64,000 bases of DNA from Calditrichia bacterium (GCA_963777955.1 CAVZSQ010000022.1:544001-608000); one strand, 5' to 3'; shown: positions 21,475-31,464, counted from the first letter of the stretch. The notes: generated by a model from the letters alone, not told the origin. A program made the numbers and translations.

Positions 21475-22038
21475 ATGTTGGGGATCAAAGAATTTAAAAA
21501 AGATGCTGAACACCGCATGCAAAAAGCAGTCGATACAATTCATCAGGAGTTCATTAAGATCCGTACCGGTCGCGCCTCCACAGCACTGCTGGACACGGTT
21601 AAAGTAAATTATTATGGTAATATGGTACCAGTCTCCCAGACTGCGACCATTACTATCCCCGAGCCGCGTCTTATCGCCATCCAACCCTGGGACCGCAGCA
21701 TGATCGCGGAAATTGAAAAAGCTATATTAAAATCGGATTTGGGACTGACCCCTTCTAACGACGGAACATTCGTACGCATACCCATACCTAAATTAAGCGA
21801 GGAACGGCGCCGGGACCTGGTTAAACTGGTCAAAAAATTCGCTGAAGATGGCCGGGTGGCAGTGCGTAATGTAAGACGCGACGTAAATGAGCATCTTAAA
21901 AAACTGGAAAAAACTCATGATATATCGGAAGATGATCTGAATCTGGTTTTAACCGAAACACAGAAGATGACCGATAAACACATCAAAGACATTGATGAAC
22001 TGCTGGACAAAAAGGAAAAAGAAATACTCGAAGTATAA
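21475..22038 (+). CDS. frr: Ribosome recycling factor
   Basis: IRTGRA, LGLTPSNDG, EERRRDLVK, RNVRRD. Confidence 0.98.
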   Translation: MLGIKEFKKDAEHRMQKAVDTIHQEFIKIRTGRASTALLDTVKVNYYGNMVPVSQTATITIPEPRLIAIQPWDRSMIAEIEKAILKSDLGLTPSNDGTFVRIPIPKLSEERRRDLVKLVKKFAEDGRVAVRNVRRDVNEHLKKLEKTHDISEDDLNLVLTETQKMTDKHIKDIDELLDKKEKEILEV

Positions 22039-22080
22039 TTTTAAAAAATTACAGAAAATATATAATAAGCAATATACTCT

Positions 22081-22106
22081 AATCCCGATTTATCGGGATT
22101 TTTTAT
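22081..22106. terminator. Terminator hairpin between convergent frr and GT2
   Basis: AATCCCGAT-TT-ATCGGGATT perfect stem followed by T-run. Confidence 0.65.
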
Positions 22107-23212
22107 TTATATTGCCTGTCCTTCCATACCACTCCGGCCGGCAGGAAAAATACCGCGGCAAAAAACAGGGTATAGAGTAAATAGAAAATTTCAAAAAGCA
22201 GAAAGTAACGAATCAGTTTGCTCAACCGAAATCGTTTTAATAGTCGCAGTAAAAAGATAAAATCGACGAACAGAGCCAGTGCTATGGCGATGGCGACGGA
22301 TAAATTCAGGAGTTTAAAAATTACGGCAACCACCATAACCAAATGGGCGAGCAGTGAGGTCGACATCAGCATATACCCCCACCAGGATGCAGTACCGCTG
22401 CTTTTGACCCAGCGTAAGCGCTGCCGGTAAAACTCTTTAACCGTTGCTAAAGGTTCACTGCTTACTGCCGTTGCCGCTTGCAGCGGATAGACTACTTTCC
22501 ACCCCTGCCGGTGGATAGCCTGCAACAGTTGCATGTCTTCGGCCAGCGAAAAACCCAGAGCGGCAAAACCTCCTGTATCCAGATAGGCCTGACGACGGAA
22601 ACCAAAATTGTTGCCCAGTACCGTCACAGGCAGAGACAGGGCAGCAGTACCGGCTGCTACTCCCTGTAAAAAAATCCAGTCCAGGTTTTGTACCCGCATA
22701 AAACAGGTATCTTTGTGGATCAGCGGCGACAGTAATGTCATGCTGCCGGCTAAACCCACATCGGCAGTGAAGTATTTAACAAATTCCGAAACCCAGCCCG
22801 GCGGTACCCTGCAATCTGCATCGGTGATCAGGATAATTTCACCGCGGGCCTGCTCAAGACCCTGAGCCAGTGCATTCATCTTGCCTTGCACCTGCAGGCC
22901 GGGTATAAGAGTATCGATGTTGATTACCCTGAGCTGCCCGTATTGTTTGGCATAGGATCGGGCAATCTGCAGTGTCGAGTCAACAGAGTGATCATTGAGA
23001 ATCAGTACTTCCAGCAACTGCGCGGGGTATTCCAGGCGGATAATATTTTCCAGGCACTGAGCAAGATGCTCTTCTTCATTGCGGGCAGAAATCAGGATTG
23101 ATACAGCAGGCTGCTGCCGGAGGGTTTTTGTTTTCCGGCTCAATCCATACTGCAACAGCAGGTTGATGAAAATATAAAGGATTAAGATTCCTGTGATAAC
23201 AAGTCCTGTCAT
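22103..23212 (-). CDS. Membrane-bound family 2 glycosyltransferase
   Basis: ARNEE, NDHSVD, GKMNAL, TDADC, AED, QRLRW; C-terminal TMs. Confidence 0.9.
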   Translation of the reverse strand: MTGLVITGILILYIFINLLLQYGLSRKTKTLRQQPAVSILISARNEEEHLAQCLENIIRLEYPAQLLEVLILNDHSVDSTLQIARSYAKQYGQLRVINIDTLIPGLQVQGKMNALAQGLEQARGEIILITDADCRVPPGWVSEFVKYFTADVGLAGSMTLLSPLIHKDTCFMRVQNLDWIFLQGVAAGTAALSLPVTVLGNNFGFRRQAYLDTGGFAALGFSLAEDMQLLQAIHRQGWKVVYPLQAATAVSSEPLATVKEFYRQRLRWVKSSGTASWWGYMLMSTSLLAHLVMVVAVIFKLLNLSVAIAIALALFVDFIFLLRLLKRFRLSKLIRYFLLFEIFYLLYTLFFAAVFFLPAGVVWKDRQYK

Positions 23213-23256
23213 TTCAGTGCCTGGTTAATTGTCCCGGGTCAATCGTCCCTTCTACT

Positions 23257-24390
23257 TTATCTTCCGCCCCAACTGAATTTTTGCAGCTGAGCCATCAAAC
23301 CAAAATATACAACATAGGGTACATGCAACAGTGAAGCCAGCGGAAGCAGTTTCAGGTGCCGCGTATCGCTGAGATAAACTGCAGCCCGCCGCAGGAAGAG
23401 ATACTCGGCAATCATTTTCACGATTATAATTCCCGCGAGTGCCGGAAGAATCCCGGGGAACCAGATCAGAGTAAATGGTGCGAGTAACAAAAATAAATTC
23501 ATGATGAAGAAACAGATGAGAGCTGCAGTGACGCGTGCCGGATAAAGAAATCCCTTGGAAGCATAACGCAATCGCTGCTGGTAGAATTGAGCAAATGTAC
23601 GCGGCGGTGCATTGAAGACATGAGCTTCAGGATTGCCGGCATATTTTATTTTCCAGTCTGTTTCTTCGCGTACGCGTTGTAAAAACAGGTCGTCATCGCC
23701 GGAAAGATAGGATTGATACCTGCCGAATCCCCCCAGTTTTTCAAAAACGCATTTGCGGTAAGCCAGATTGGTTCCCACACAGGTGAGGGGATAACCAAAG
23801 GCTGTGCTAACCGCAGCCACGGCAGCATGAGAGAGATATTCCAGAGCCAGTAAACGAAACAACAGAGTATTTAACAGCCTAGCCGTACTGTAGGGGGCAT
23901 ACCCGATCACCATCCCCACATTTTCCCGGAATAAGCCGGTCATACTTTTTACCCAGAAACGTCCCGGTCTGCCGTCCACGTCGGTTAAAAGAATGATTTC
24001 TCCGCGGGCCTGCATTACAGCAGTTGTAATAGCGAATTTTTTTGGAGCAAAATTTTCTTTTAATTGTTTTATGACGATCAGTTTTAGTTGTGGATTCAGC
24101 GGGAGATAGGTGTCAATTATCCTTGCGGTTCCATCACTGCAACGATCGGCGACCAGAATGATCTCCAGCAGCCCGGGCGGATATTCCTGAGCCAGCAGAC
24201 AATCTAGGCACTGGCGGATATCCTGTTCTGCATTGTGCGTGGCTACAATAATAGAAACCGGCGGATTTTGAACAGAAGCAGGGGCCTCGTCGAAGCGATG
24301 CAAAGTCCGGGCCGCATATAATAAAAAAATCATATAAACAGCTAAAAGGAAAGCGAGTGTTAGCGGAATAATGAGTAAAGATCCAGACAT
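23257..24390 (-). CDS. Membrane-bound family 2 glycosyltransferase
   Basis: DRCSD, KKFA, TDVD, SGDDDL, QRLRY; N- and C-terminal TMs. Confidence 0.9.
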   Translation of the reverse strand: MSGSLLIIPLTLAFLLAVYMIFLLYAARTLHRFDEAPASVQNPPVSIIVATHNAEQDIRQCLDCLLAQEYPPGLLEIILVADRCSDGTARIIDTYLPLNPQLKLIVIKQLKENFAPKKFAITTAVMQARGEIILLTDVDGRPGRFWVKSMTGLFRENVGMVIGYAPYSTARLLNTLLFRLLALEYLSHAAVAAVSTAFGYPLTCVGTNLAYRKCVFEKLGGFGRYQSYLSGDDDLFLQRVREETDWKIKYAGNPEAHVFNAPPRTFAQFYQQRLRYASKGFLYPARVTAALICFFIMNLFLLLAPFTLIWFPGILPALAGIIIVKMIAEYLFLRRAAVYLSDTRHLKLLPLASLLHVPYVVYFGLMAQLQKFSWGGR

Positions 24391-24408
24391 TTCTGACTAT
24401 TCAATCTA

Positions 24409-25449
24409 TTATTTTTTTTGCCAGTACTTTTTCGGCAGGAAGTTACCTAAACCCTGGTTGCAATTACTGCAAATATCGATACTTTTGCGTTGCCTTATCA
24501 GTTTTTGGCGAAACAGGTTAAAGGGATCGTCTAACCATATCTGTTCAAATGATTTCTGCGGACTGAGGGCGCCCATGTTATATTTCCCGTTTTTATCGAA
24601 ACAGCAGGGTACTACCGATCCATCCCAGTTAATCAATGTGGAAAGCCAGGGCCTGTCGCAATACTTTTTGTCGGAATTCTTTACGATCAGGTTTTCACCA
24701 TCGAAATAATAGCGACGATATTTTTCTTCTGCCGGCAACCATTCCCGGGCCTGGGCAACCGAATGTACTTCGATATTCTTGATTAAAATGCGATCCGCCT
24801 GCAACTCTCCGGCTAACTTGCGCAAGGCGGGTATTTCCGCTTCATTGTGTTTCATTACCAGGAACTGTAACGCCACATTGGGCGTACGGCTTTTCCTTTT
24901 TTTCTTTTCAGCAATTAAAAGCCTGATCCCGGCAATGACCTGCTCGAGATTACCGCCGCGACGATAGCGGGCAAAGGAATCCTGAGTGGTCCCATCCAGC
25001 GAGATTATCATGCTGTCTAAACCACATTCAACGGTCTGGCGGACGTTTTCAGCGGAGAGGTAATGTCCGTTGGTGCTGGTGGTGACATAAATATTTCTTT
25101 GTTTGGCCAGCCGGACAAATTCAAAAAAATTCTGATTAAGGTACGGTTCACCCTGATGATAGATCAGCAGGAAGAAAATATGTTTCCCCAGATTATCCAT
25201 GATCGTGGTAAATGTTTCTAAACTCATCCGGCCGTTGGCTCGGGACATTTCGCCGGCGCCGGTGGTGCACAAAGGACAGCGCAGATTGCAGATATTAGTC
25301 GGCTCAATGGTCAGAATAGAAGGCCAGCCCCAGACTAGCGGTCTTTTAAATACGGCGGACAGAAAAAATGAAGATGAGGTTTTTGCCAGATTAATAATTC
25401 GACGGGCATTTAACGACCGGATAAGCCGGCCGAGTAACAGTTCGTTCAA
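24409..25449 (-). CDS. Radical SAM enzyme with SPASM/Twitch domain
   Basis: CNLRCPLC (CxxxCxxC), GEP, STNG, ISLDG; C-terminal C..PW...PCC...CSNC. Confidence 0.9.
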   Translation of the reverse strand: MNELLLGRLIRSLNARRIINLAKTSSSFFLSAVFKRPLVWGWPSILTIEPTNICNLRCPLCTTGAGEMSRANGRMSLETFTTIMDNLGKHIFFLLIYHQGEPYLNQNFFEFVRLAKQRNIYVTTSTNGHYLSAENVRQTVECGLDSMIISLDGTTQDSFARYRRGGNLEQVIAGIRLLIAEKKKRKSRTPNVALQFLVMKHNEAEIPALRKLAGELQADRILIKNIEVHSVAQAREWLPAEEKYRRYYFDGENLIVKNSDKKYCDRPWLSTLINWDGSVVPCCFDKNGKYNMGALSPQKSFEQIWLDDPFNLFRQKLIRQRKSIDICSNCNQGLGNFLPKKYWQKK

Positions 25450-25585
25450 GAGAGCTCCGGTTTATTTGCTGCAAACTAAAGTAAAAATAAGTGTTTCGTA
25501 TTTTTAATGCAAGACAGGAACTCTATCTAATGCTTGTAAGTATTTTTATTCGCGGTTATATTTGCTGATTCGTCGAGCTGAAATT

Positions 25586-27277
25586 ATGAAATACTTTATT
25601 ATTGTTATTATCTGCCTGCTTTTATTCTGCGGATACACCCTGGCCGGAAATCCAACCAGTGTGCCGCTCACGGATCCGATTTATGCTTTTCTGGACAGGA
25701 TGGAGACTGCCGGTGTCATCGCTAACATGCTGGACGGGGTAAAGCCGCTGGACCGCGAGCGAATCAGTAAATACCTGCGGCAGATAGATCTGCACCGAGA
25801 TCTGCTGACCGGGATTGACCGGAACCTGCTGGATAATTATCTGCTTGATTACCGCTATGAGCTCGACCGGCATAAAAAATATACAGCCATGAGACCGGAA
25901 AGAAACTGGTATACACCGCTTTCCTCCTGGCAGCAGTTTCGGCAGGATTTTAAAAGGTTTTTTAAAGGTCATTGGCCGGAAGAGCAGAATCATGTGGTCC
26001 TGTGGGAAGATTCAACCAACAGTTTTTCTTTTGATTTAAGCGAGGAAATGGGGTATGAATCAATAATGGATAGTGTCTCCCGGTTCCGGCAGGCGGAAAC
26101 CTATCAATTCCGGGGGACTATACTGGAAAATTTTGGATACTATGTTAATGTATACATGGCCAGAATTGGCGGAGATAATGCGTATATCAATGCAGATCCG
26201 GTTCTTAAGAATACCTTTCGAACTGATCGCGGCAATAAAGTATATTTTGATCGCAGCAGCGGAGAAATAGCCTATCGATCTCCTTTTATTGATTTTCGTC
26301 TGGCCCATCAGCCTATTGCCTGGGGATTAGGTGCTTCCGGACAATTGATTCTTTCAGATTTTGCTGAACAATATGCTTATCTCAGCCTGGCTAAGTATTG
26401 GAACTGGGGCGGATTTACTTTCATGCATGGTAAACTGGAAGCAGAAGATACCTTAAGCAGCATTCAAGGACAGGCTATTTATCCGGATAAATGGATCACA
26501 GCCAACCGTTTTGAATTTTCGCCGGTCAGCTGTATGGCTATCGGTCTGACCGATATTATAATTTACGGTAATCGTACCAGCGAATGGGTATACCTGATAC
26601 CTGTTCATTATTTCCGGGCGGTAGAACATGATTTGTATGATCTGGATAATGCTATGCTGGCCTTCGATTCCGAAATCAGAATATATCCGGGAGTAAAATT
26701 ATACGGAACATTTTTAATTGATGAATTTAAGAAAGATGAATTATTCAGCAATTGGTACGGTAATAAGCATGGTTTTCAGTTTGGGGTGCAGGTGAGTGAT
26801 CCATTTAGGGTGAATAATCTCGATATTAAATTCGAATATGTAGCCATTATGCCCTGGGTATATACACATATATATAACATTAATCGCTTCAGCTCACAGG
26901 GCCGCTCCCTTGGTCATTGGGCCGGTCCCAATTCAGAAGTAATTTATTTAAATCTAAACAAATGGTGGCATCAGCGCCTGGTCACAGGCGTGACCGGACA
27001 AGTATTAAAGCATGGTGCAAATTATGCGGATAAAAATATCGGTGGCAATCTCATGCTGGGACACAATACTCTGCTGGGATCGCAGAGCGAACCGGTTTTG
27101 ACCCGCGAATTTCTGGAAGGAATTCTGGAAACTGAAAAGAACATACAATTCTATGCTCAATATGAAGTATTGAATGATTTATATCTTAATGCGGCCCTGG
27201 GTTACAACTCTTATAATAGTTCTCATTCGACCTTCCGGTCAACCGAACTTCACTTTGGATTAAAATTTGACTATTAA
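25586..27277 (+). CDS. Outer-membrane beta-barrel, capsule assembly Wzi-like
   Basis: Signal peptide, 'YAFLDRME' N-terminal motif, 'WG.G.SG.LILSD', 'DNAML..D', 'LGHWAGPNS', C-terminal aromatic residue. Confidence 0.65.
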   Translation: MKYFIIVIICLLLFCGYTLAGNPTSVPLTDPIYAFLDRMETAGVIANMLDGVKPLDRERISKYLRQIDLHRDLLTGIDRNLLDNYLLDYRYELDRHKKYTAMRPERNWYTPLSSWQQFRQDFKRFFKGHWPEEQNHVVLWEDSTNSFSFDLSEEMGYESIMDSVSRFRQAETYQFRGTILENFGYYVNVYMARIGGDNAYINADPVLKNTFRTDRGNKVYFDRSSGEIAYRSPFIDFRLAHQPIAWGLGASGQLILSDFAEQYAYLSLAKYWNWGGFTFMHGKLEAEDTLSSIQGQAIYPDKWITANRFEFSPVSCMAIGLTDIIIYGNRTSEWVYLIPVHYFRAVEHDLYDLDNAMLAFDSEIRIYPGVKLYGTFLIDEFKKDELFSNWYGNKHGFQFGVQVSDPFRVNNLDIKFEYVAIMPWVYTHIYNINRFSSQGRSLGHWAGPNSEVIYLNLNKWWHQRLVTGVTGQVLKHGANYADKNIGGNLMLGHNTLLGSQSEPVLTREFLEGILETEKNIQFYAQYEVLNDLYLNAALGYNSYNSSHSTFRSTELHFGLKFDY

Positions 27278-28367
27278 TTTAATTATCTTTCTCACCCTCA
27301 GTTGTTTATACTATGTTCTGCTAATAGCGGTGTATTATGCCCTGGGCAGGTTGCAGCAATCAGGACGATCGGACCGTTTGCCTGCGCTGACAGTGATTAT
27401 CGCTGCCCGGAACGAACGGGAGCGCATTTTACCCTGTCTGCAACATCTGGAAAATATCGATTACCCGGCAGAGAAGTATGAGATCATCCTGATCGATGAT
27501 AATTCCCAGGATAGTACTGCGGACCTGATCAGCGGATACTGTGCAAAGCATTCCAACTGGAAACTGATCCGCTTGACCGAGAAAAAACCGCAGCTGACCG
27601 GTAAAAAGGATGCTCTGCTGCATGGCCTGGCCGTCGCCGGCGGTGAAATCATTTTTGTTACGGATGCCGATTGCCGGGTACCCCCTTTATGGCCGCAGCG
27701 AATGGTGCGCTTTTTTCTGCCGGAGGTTTCGATGGTGCTGGGCTATTCGCCGCTGCTGCCGGAAGCGGGCTTCTGGAATAAATTTCTGCGATTTGATAAT
27801 CTGTTTTCGGCTATCGTCATGGCGGCTCCGGCCAAACTGGGCTATCCGTTCAGCGGAGTAGGCCGCAATCTGGCTTATAGCCGGCGTGCCTATAATCAGG
27901 TGGGAGGATATCAGGCTTTAAAGAAATTCCGCAGCGGGGATGATATGCATCTCACCGAGCGATTTCGCTCACAGCACAGCGGGCAGATAGATTTTTGTGC
28001 CGACCCGGATACGTTTGTTTTCACCCAGGCTCCTTCCGCTTGGCGGGAAATATTTAATCAGCAGATCCGTAAAAACAGCAAAGTTCTGAAGGCGACCCCG
28101 GGAACGATTATATTTTTTATACTGCTTTTCTGTTATTATATCAGCATCCCCCTGCTGCCGGTCAGTGATCCGGGATCCCTCGTTGTATGGGGTGTACTAT
28201 TATTTTTCAAATTCCTGCTGGAATGGTTTTGCCTGATGCGGGCGGCAAAAATATTTAAACAGGAATCGTTGCAGTACTATTTTCCTCTGCTGCAATTACT
28301 ATATCCGTTTTTTATTATTTTTTTCAGTTGGCTGGGAATTTTTCAGAAATATAACTGGAAAAATTAG
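27267..28367 (+). CDS. Membrane-bound family 2 glycosyltransferase
   Basis: ARNE, DDNSQD, GKKDAL, TDADC, SGDD; TMs. Confidence 0.9.
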   Translation: MTINLIIFLTLSCLYYVLLIAVYYALGRLQQSGRSDRLPALTVIIAARNERERILPCLQHLENIDYPAEKYEIILIDDNSQDSTADLISGYCAKHSNWKLIRLTEKKPQLTGKKDALLHGLAVAGGEIIFVTDADCRVPPLWPQRMVRFFLPEVSMVLGYSPLLPEAGFWNKFLRFDNLFSAIVMAAPAKLGYPFSGVGRNLAYSRRAYNQVGGYQALKKFRSGDDMHLTERFRSQHSGQIDFCADPDTFVFTQAPSAWREIFNQQIRKNSKVLKATPGTIIFFILLFCYYISIPLLPVSDPGSLVVWGVLLFFKFLLEWFCLMRAAKIFKQESLQYYFPLLQLLYPFFIIFFSWLGIFQKYNWKN

Positions 28368-28375
28368 ATTCCTAT

Positions 28376-29299
28376 ATGAAACAGAAAATAATTTATCTGA
28401 TCAAACTCATGGTTGGACTGCTGCTGGTGGTCTGGATTCTTGGCCAGATAGATCAAAAGCAGTTTATTGAATATTTCCGGCATATAGGTCTCAAAGAATT
28501 TGCCTATGTATCTATCTTAGGTCTGGCCAGCCTGGTCCTGCAGTATGAACGCTGGAAATATCTGGTAAAAAGTAATTCGACCACATATGAGCATCAGGAT
28601 CTTTTTCCTTCTTTCCTGGCCGGATTTACTCTGCGCCTGATGATCCCGGGGGGGCATGCGGAATGGAGTAAGGCATTCCTGATGTCCGGACGCAAACGCG
28701 GTAAAATAATTGCTGTGGGGATGGAGAAAATCCTGCCGGCTGTTTTTAAAATCATTCTGCTAGGCCTGGTCATACCGTTCTCGTTTCCCCGGTATAAAAT
28801 TGCAGGCATGGCCGTGGCGCTGATAACAATTCTGGCATATTTCCTGCTTCTCCGTTTGAAGTTGATGCAGAATCTACTGGAGAAGCAAATCAGTATCCAT
28901 CGGTTATTTCTTATAACTTCCTTACACTCCAGCGGTATATTCCTGCTCAGTGCTGCCCAGTATTTCGTTCTGTTGAACCAGGACTATAGTTTAAGTTTCC
29001 TGGACAGTATGCATGCTACCGTTTATCTCTGGGCAGCAGGTGTTTTTCCGTTCAGCCTTTCCGGGTTGGGTATCCGCGAAGGCCTGGCGGTGTATTTTTT
29101 TCGCCTGGCCGGGGTCTCATCCGCTGATGCGGTAGCTACCTCATTATTTTTGTTTACACTGAATAGCGTTATTCCGGCTTTTTTTGGTATCTATTATCTA
29201 TATCGAAACCGTCAAAATTTAAAAACCTTGCGTCAAACCTTTCAATCATCTAAAGATTTACTGATCAGCCTGCTTAAAAGTAACAAAGATCCCTCCTAG
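28376..29299 (+). CDS. Lysylphosphatidylglycerol-synthase TM / flippase-like (UPF0104) membrane protein
   Basis: Multi-TM with 'RW..L', 'PGG', 'P.S.SGLGIREG' motifs. Confidence 0.75.
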   Translation: MKQKIIYLIKLMVGLLLVVWILGQIDQKQFIEYFRHIGLKEFAYVSILGLASLVLQYERWKYLVKSNSTTYEHQDLFPSFLAGFTLRLMIPGGHAEWSKAFLMSGRKRGKIIAVGMEKILPAVFKIILLGLVIPFSFPRYKIAGMAVALITILAYFLLLRLKLMQNLLEKQISIHRLFLITSLHSSGIFLLSAAQYFVLLNQDYSLSFLDSMHATVYLWAAGVFPFSLSGLGIREGLAVYFFRLAGVSSADAVATSLFLFTLNSVIPAFFGIYYLYRNRQNLKTLRQTFQSSKDLLISLLKSNKDPS

Positions 29300-29800
29300 A
29301 ACCAATAACCTGAAGATGTAAGCAGAAAATCAAGACGGAAAATACCTGGAAACAGCGGCAGATGGAGCAAAAACCAGGCAAAAAATAACTAACAAGTTAT
29401 TAACAGGAATAACTAAGTGGTAAAAAGAGTCTCGAAAGCCTATTTGACGCCCTTTGCGGGTGATCTAAGACCGGCAAGCCAAGTAAATCAAGGCTTCGCC
29501 AATTTGAACTAAAACGGGAATTGTTCAATATCGGATTGATATAGATTTTCACAATCAGTATAACATATTGATATTATGGAAGTTAATGAAATATATTGAT
29601 GAAATTGCCGTAGTGGATTATTGTTGAAATATGTCTATTTTTTAGGAGTACAGGTGTGGTTTTTTCAGTCGCGAGTCTCATGTTAATAACTCAAACCATC
29701 AAACCTCGTCCACTCTGTATTTATTCAAGCAGGTAAAACTTATTAACAACTTACTCACAGCAGTAATTCGCCTCCGAGGTGCTAGGCACCTCGGAGGCGG
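29300..29800. other. Non-coding AT-rich region, candidate replication origin
   Basis: TTATTAACA at 29397 and 29740, its reverse complement at 29681, TTACTCACA at 29751; IHF consensus TATCAATATGTTA on the minus strand at 29561-29573. Confidence 0.45.
29769..29799. terminator. Strong hairpin downstream of sodN
   Basis: CGCCTCCGAGGTGC-TAG-GCACCTCGGAGGCG perfect 14-bp stem, 4 bp past the sodN stop. Confidence 0.65.
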
Positions 29801-29803
29801 TTA

Positions 29804-30298
29804 TTAATTTTTATGCTCTTGCAGGTGCTTTTTATCTTCGGGGCTGAAATAGATATCTTCGAACTGGGTGACCAGCGCTTTCAATTTTTCCACATTTGCT
29901 AAGTCCGATGTTTGCTTGCATTTCATCGCATATACTGTCAATTGATGCAACAGCGTTAATTTCTTTTGATATGAATTATATTCTTCTTTGTTACTTTCAT
30001 CGCTGATTTTTATCCTTTGAGCCAGAAAGTAGTAGGTGATGATTTGAGTAAATTCATCGGCATGTTCATCTTTATTATTTACCCAGCGGACCAGCTGGTT
30101 AATATTGGCTGCTGGTTCTTTGGACAACTCATTAATCTGGTTCATTGACTTTTCAATAGTGCTAATCTGTTCCCGTAGCAGGGTAAAGCGGGTTTGATCA
30201 TCATATATCCCGCAGGGAATCTGACAATGAGCATAAAGCATTGCAGTCAATCCCAAACTTAAAATCACTATCAAAATAAAAATGCGCAGTGAATGCAT
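29804..30298 (-). CDS. sodN: Nickel superoxide dismutase precursor
   Basis: Nickel-hook HCQIPCGIYD, 'NQLVRWV..K..HA', 'YFLAQR'; AGGAG RBS upstream of ATG 30298. Confidence 0.92.
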   Translation of the reverse strand: MHSLRIFILIVILSLGLTAMLYAHCQIPCGIYDDQTRFTLLREQISTIEKSMNQINELSKEPAANINQLVRWVNNKDEHADEFTQIITYYFLAQRIKISDESNKEEYNSYQKKLTLLHQLTVYAMKCKQTSDLANVEKLKALVTQFEDIYFSPEDKKHLQEHKN

Positions 30299-30365
30299 AT
30301 TTTTTCTCCTTCTGTAAAATGGTTTATGGTTATACAACGATTTTTAGGGGAAAATTATTCTGACT

Positions 30366-30422
30366 AACCCATCCCCTTTTCCCCTTCCCTTATGTATAAG
30401 GGAAGGGGATAGGGGATAGGTT
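30366..30422. repeat. Imperfect pyrimidine/purine inverted repeat (terminator or REP-like)
   Basis: AACCCATCCCCTTTTCCCCTTCCCTTA-tgta-TAAGGGAAGGGGATAGGGGATAGGTT. Confidence 0.6.
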
Positions 30423-31434
30423 ATTTCTCATGATTCTTACGGATTATGCTGGATTGTTTATCCTTAAGTTTTTCAATCTGGTTTAAAATAGCAAAATAAC
30501 CGCGGCCAAATTCTTCCTGTAAGTGGGCCAGTACCGATTTTTTTATTTTCAATTGCTGATATAATTCATAGTAACGGGAATATAAGCGGATCAATTCTTC
30601 AGCAGACCAGGCTCTGCGCTGCGGGGCTGTAATTTCCAGGTTCTCTTTAATGCGGGCCAACAGATATCCCGGATGCATTAAGCGCAATTCTTTAAGATGA
30701 TGCTTGAACGCCTCACGATTGATTTCAAAACCTACGATGCGCCGTTTCAAACCGAGGGCAACTTTTGCCGTGGAAAAGCCCCCCAGAAAGAAATCAGCGA
30801 TCAGGTCCCCTTCTTTGCTGCTGTATTGCATCAGCTTTAACAACAACTCGGTGGGCAACTCATTTCTATTCTTAATCTCGCCCGGTTTATATTCACGGTT
30901 GATCAGCCAGACATCTTCGCGATCGGCATAATTGAGGGAGTGTCCATGGTTATCCCGTTCTTTACTGCCAAAACGACTGTAGGTATTAAAAGTCACCTTG
31001 CCGCCTGGTTTAATATAATAGAGAATATGATAATGGGCAGAGACATATTTTCGTGTAGTATAGACTCCGAAGTTATATTTCCAGATTATATGATTGACCG
31101 GTTTCAATTGTGTGGTACTCAGGGCATTCAATATATCGCCGAGATTCGTATAACCGGATAATATATACAAACTTCCCCCCGGCCGTAATACGCGTTCCGC
31201 CTGTCTGATCCAGTTCATACTGAACCGGGCATAATCCTTCCGGGCAATTTCCACATACCCGTCCAGTACATACTTTTCACGGCGATGGTAGTGACGATAC
31301 AATTGATCACCTTCTATGCCGAAAGGGGGATCAGTAATAAACAGATCCACACTGTCGTCGCTTATATGTTTTTTTGCTCCGCTGATACATTCCAGCGGAT
31401 AAAGTTGAAACCATTTCTGCTGCGGTTTAGGCAT
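30421..31434 (-). CDS. Site-specific DNA methyltransferase (N4-C/N6-A, beta-class motif order), no cognate nuclease seen
   Basis: Catalytic DPPF near the N-terminus, RVLRPGG, IIWKY, SAM-binding DFFLGGFSTA near the C-terminus; extra ~80-aa C-terminal helical tail. Confidence 0.85.
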   Translation of the reverse strand: MPKPQQKWFQLYPLECISGAKKHISDDSVDLFITDPPFGIEGDQLYRHYHRREKYVLDGYVEIARKDYARFSMNWIRQAERVLRPGGSLYILSGYTNLGDILNALSTTQLKPVNHIIWKYNFGVYTTRKYVSAHYHILYYIKPGGKVTFNTYSRFGSKERDNHGHSLNYADREDVWLINREYKPGEIKNRNELPTELLLKLMQYSSKEGDLIADFFLGGFSTAKVALGLKRRIVGFEINREAFKHHLKELRLMHPGYLLARIKENLEITAPQRRAWSAEELIRLYSRYYELYQQLKIKKSVLAHLQEEFGRGYFAILNQIEKLKDKQSSIIRKNHEK

Positions 31435-31464
31435 AAGATTCGTCTTTTATCTGTGGTACAGGTT

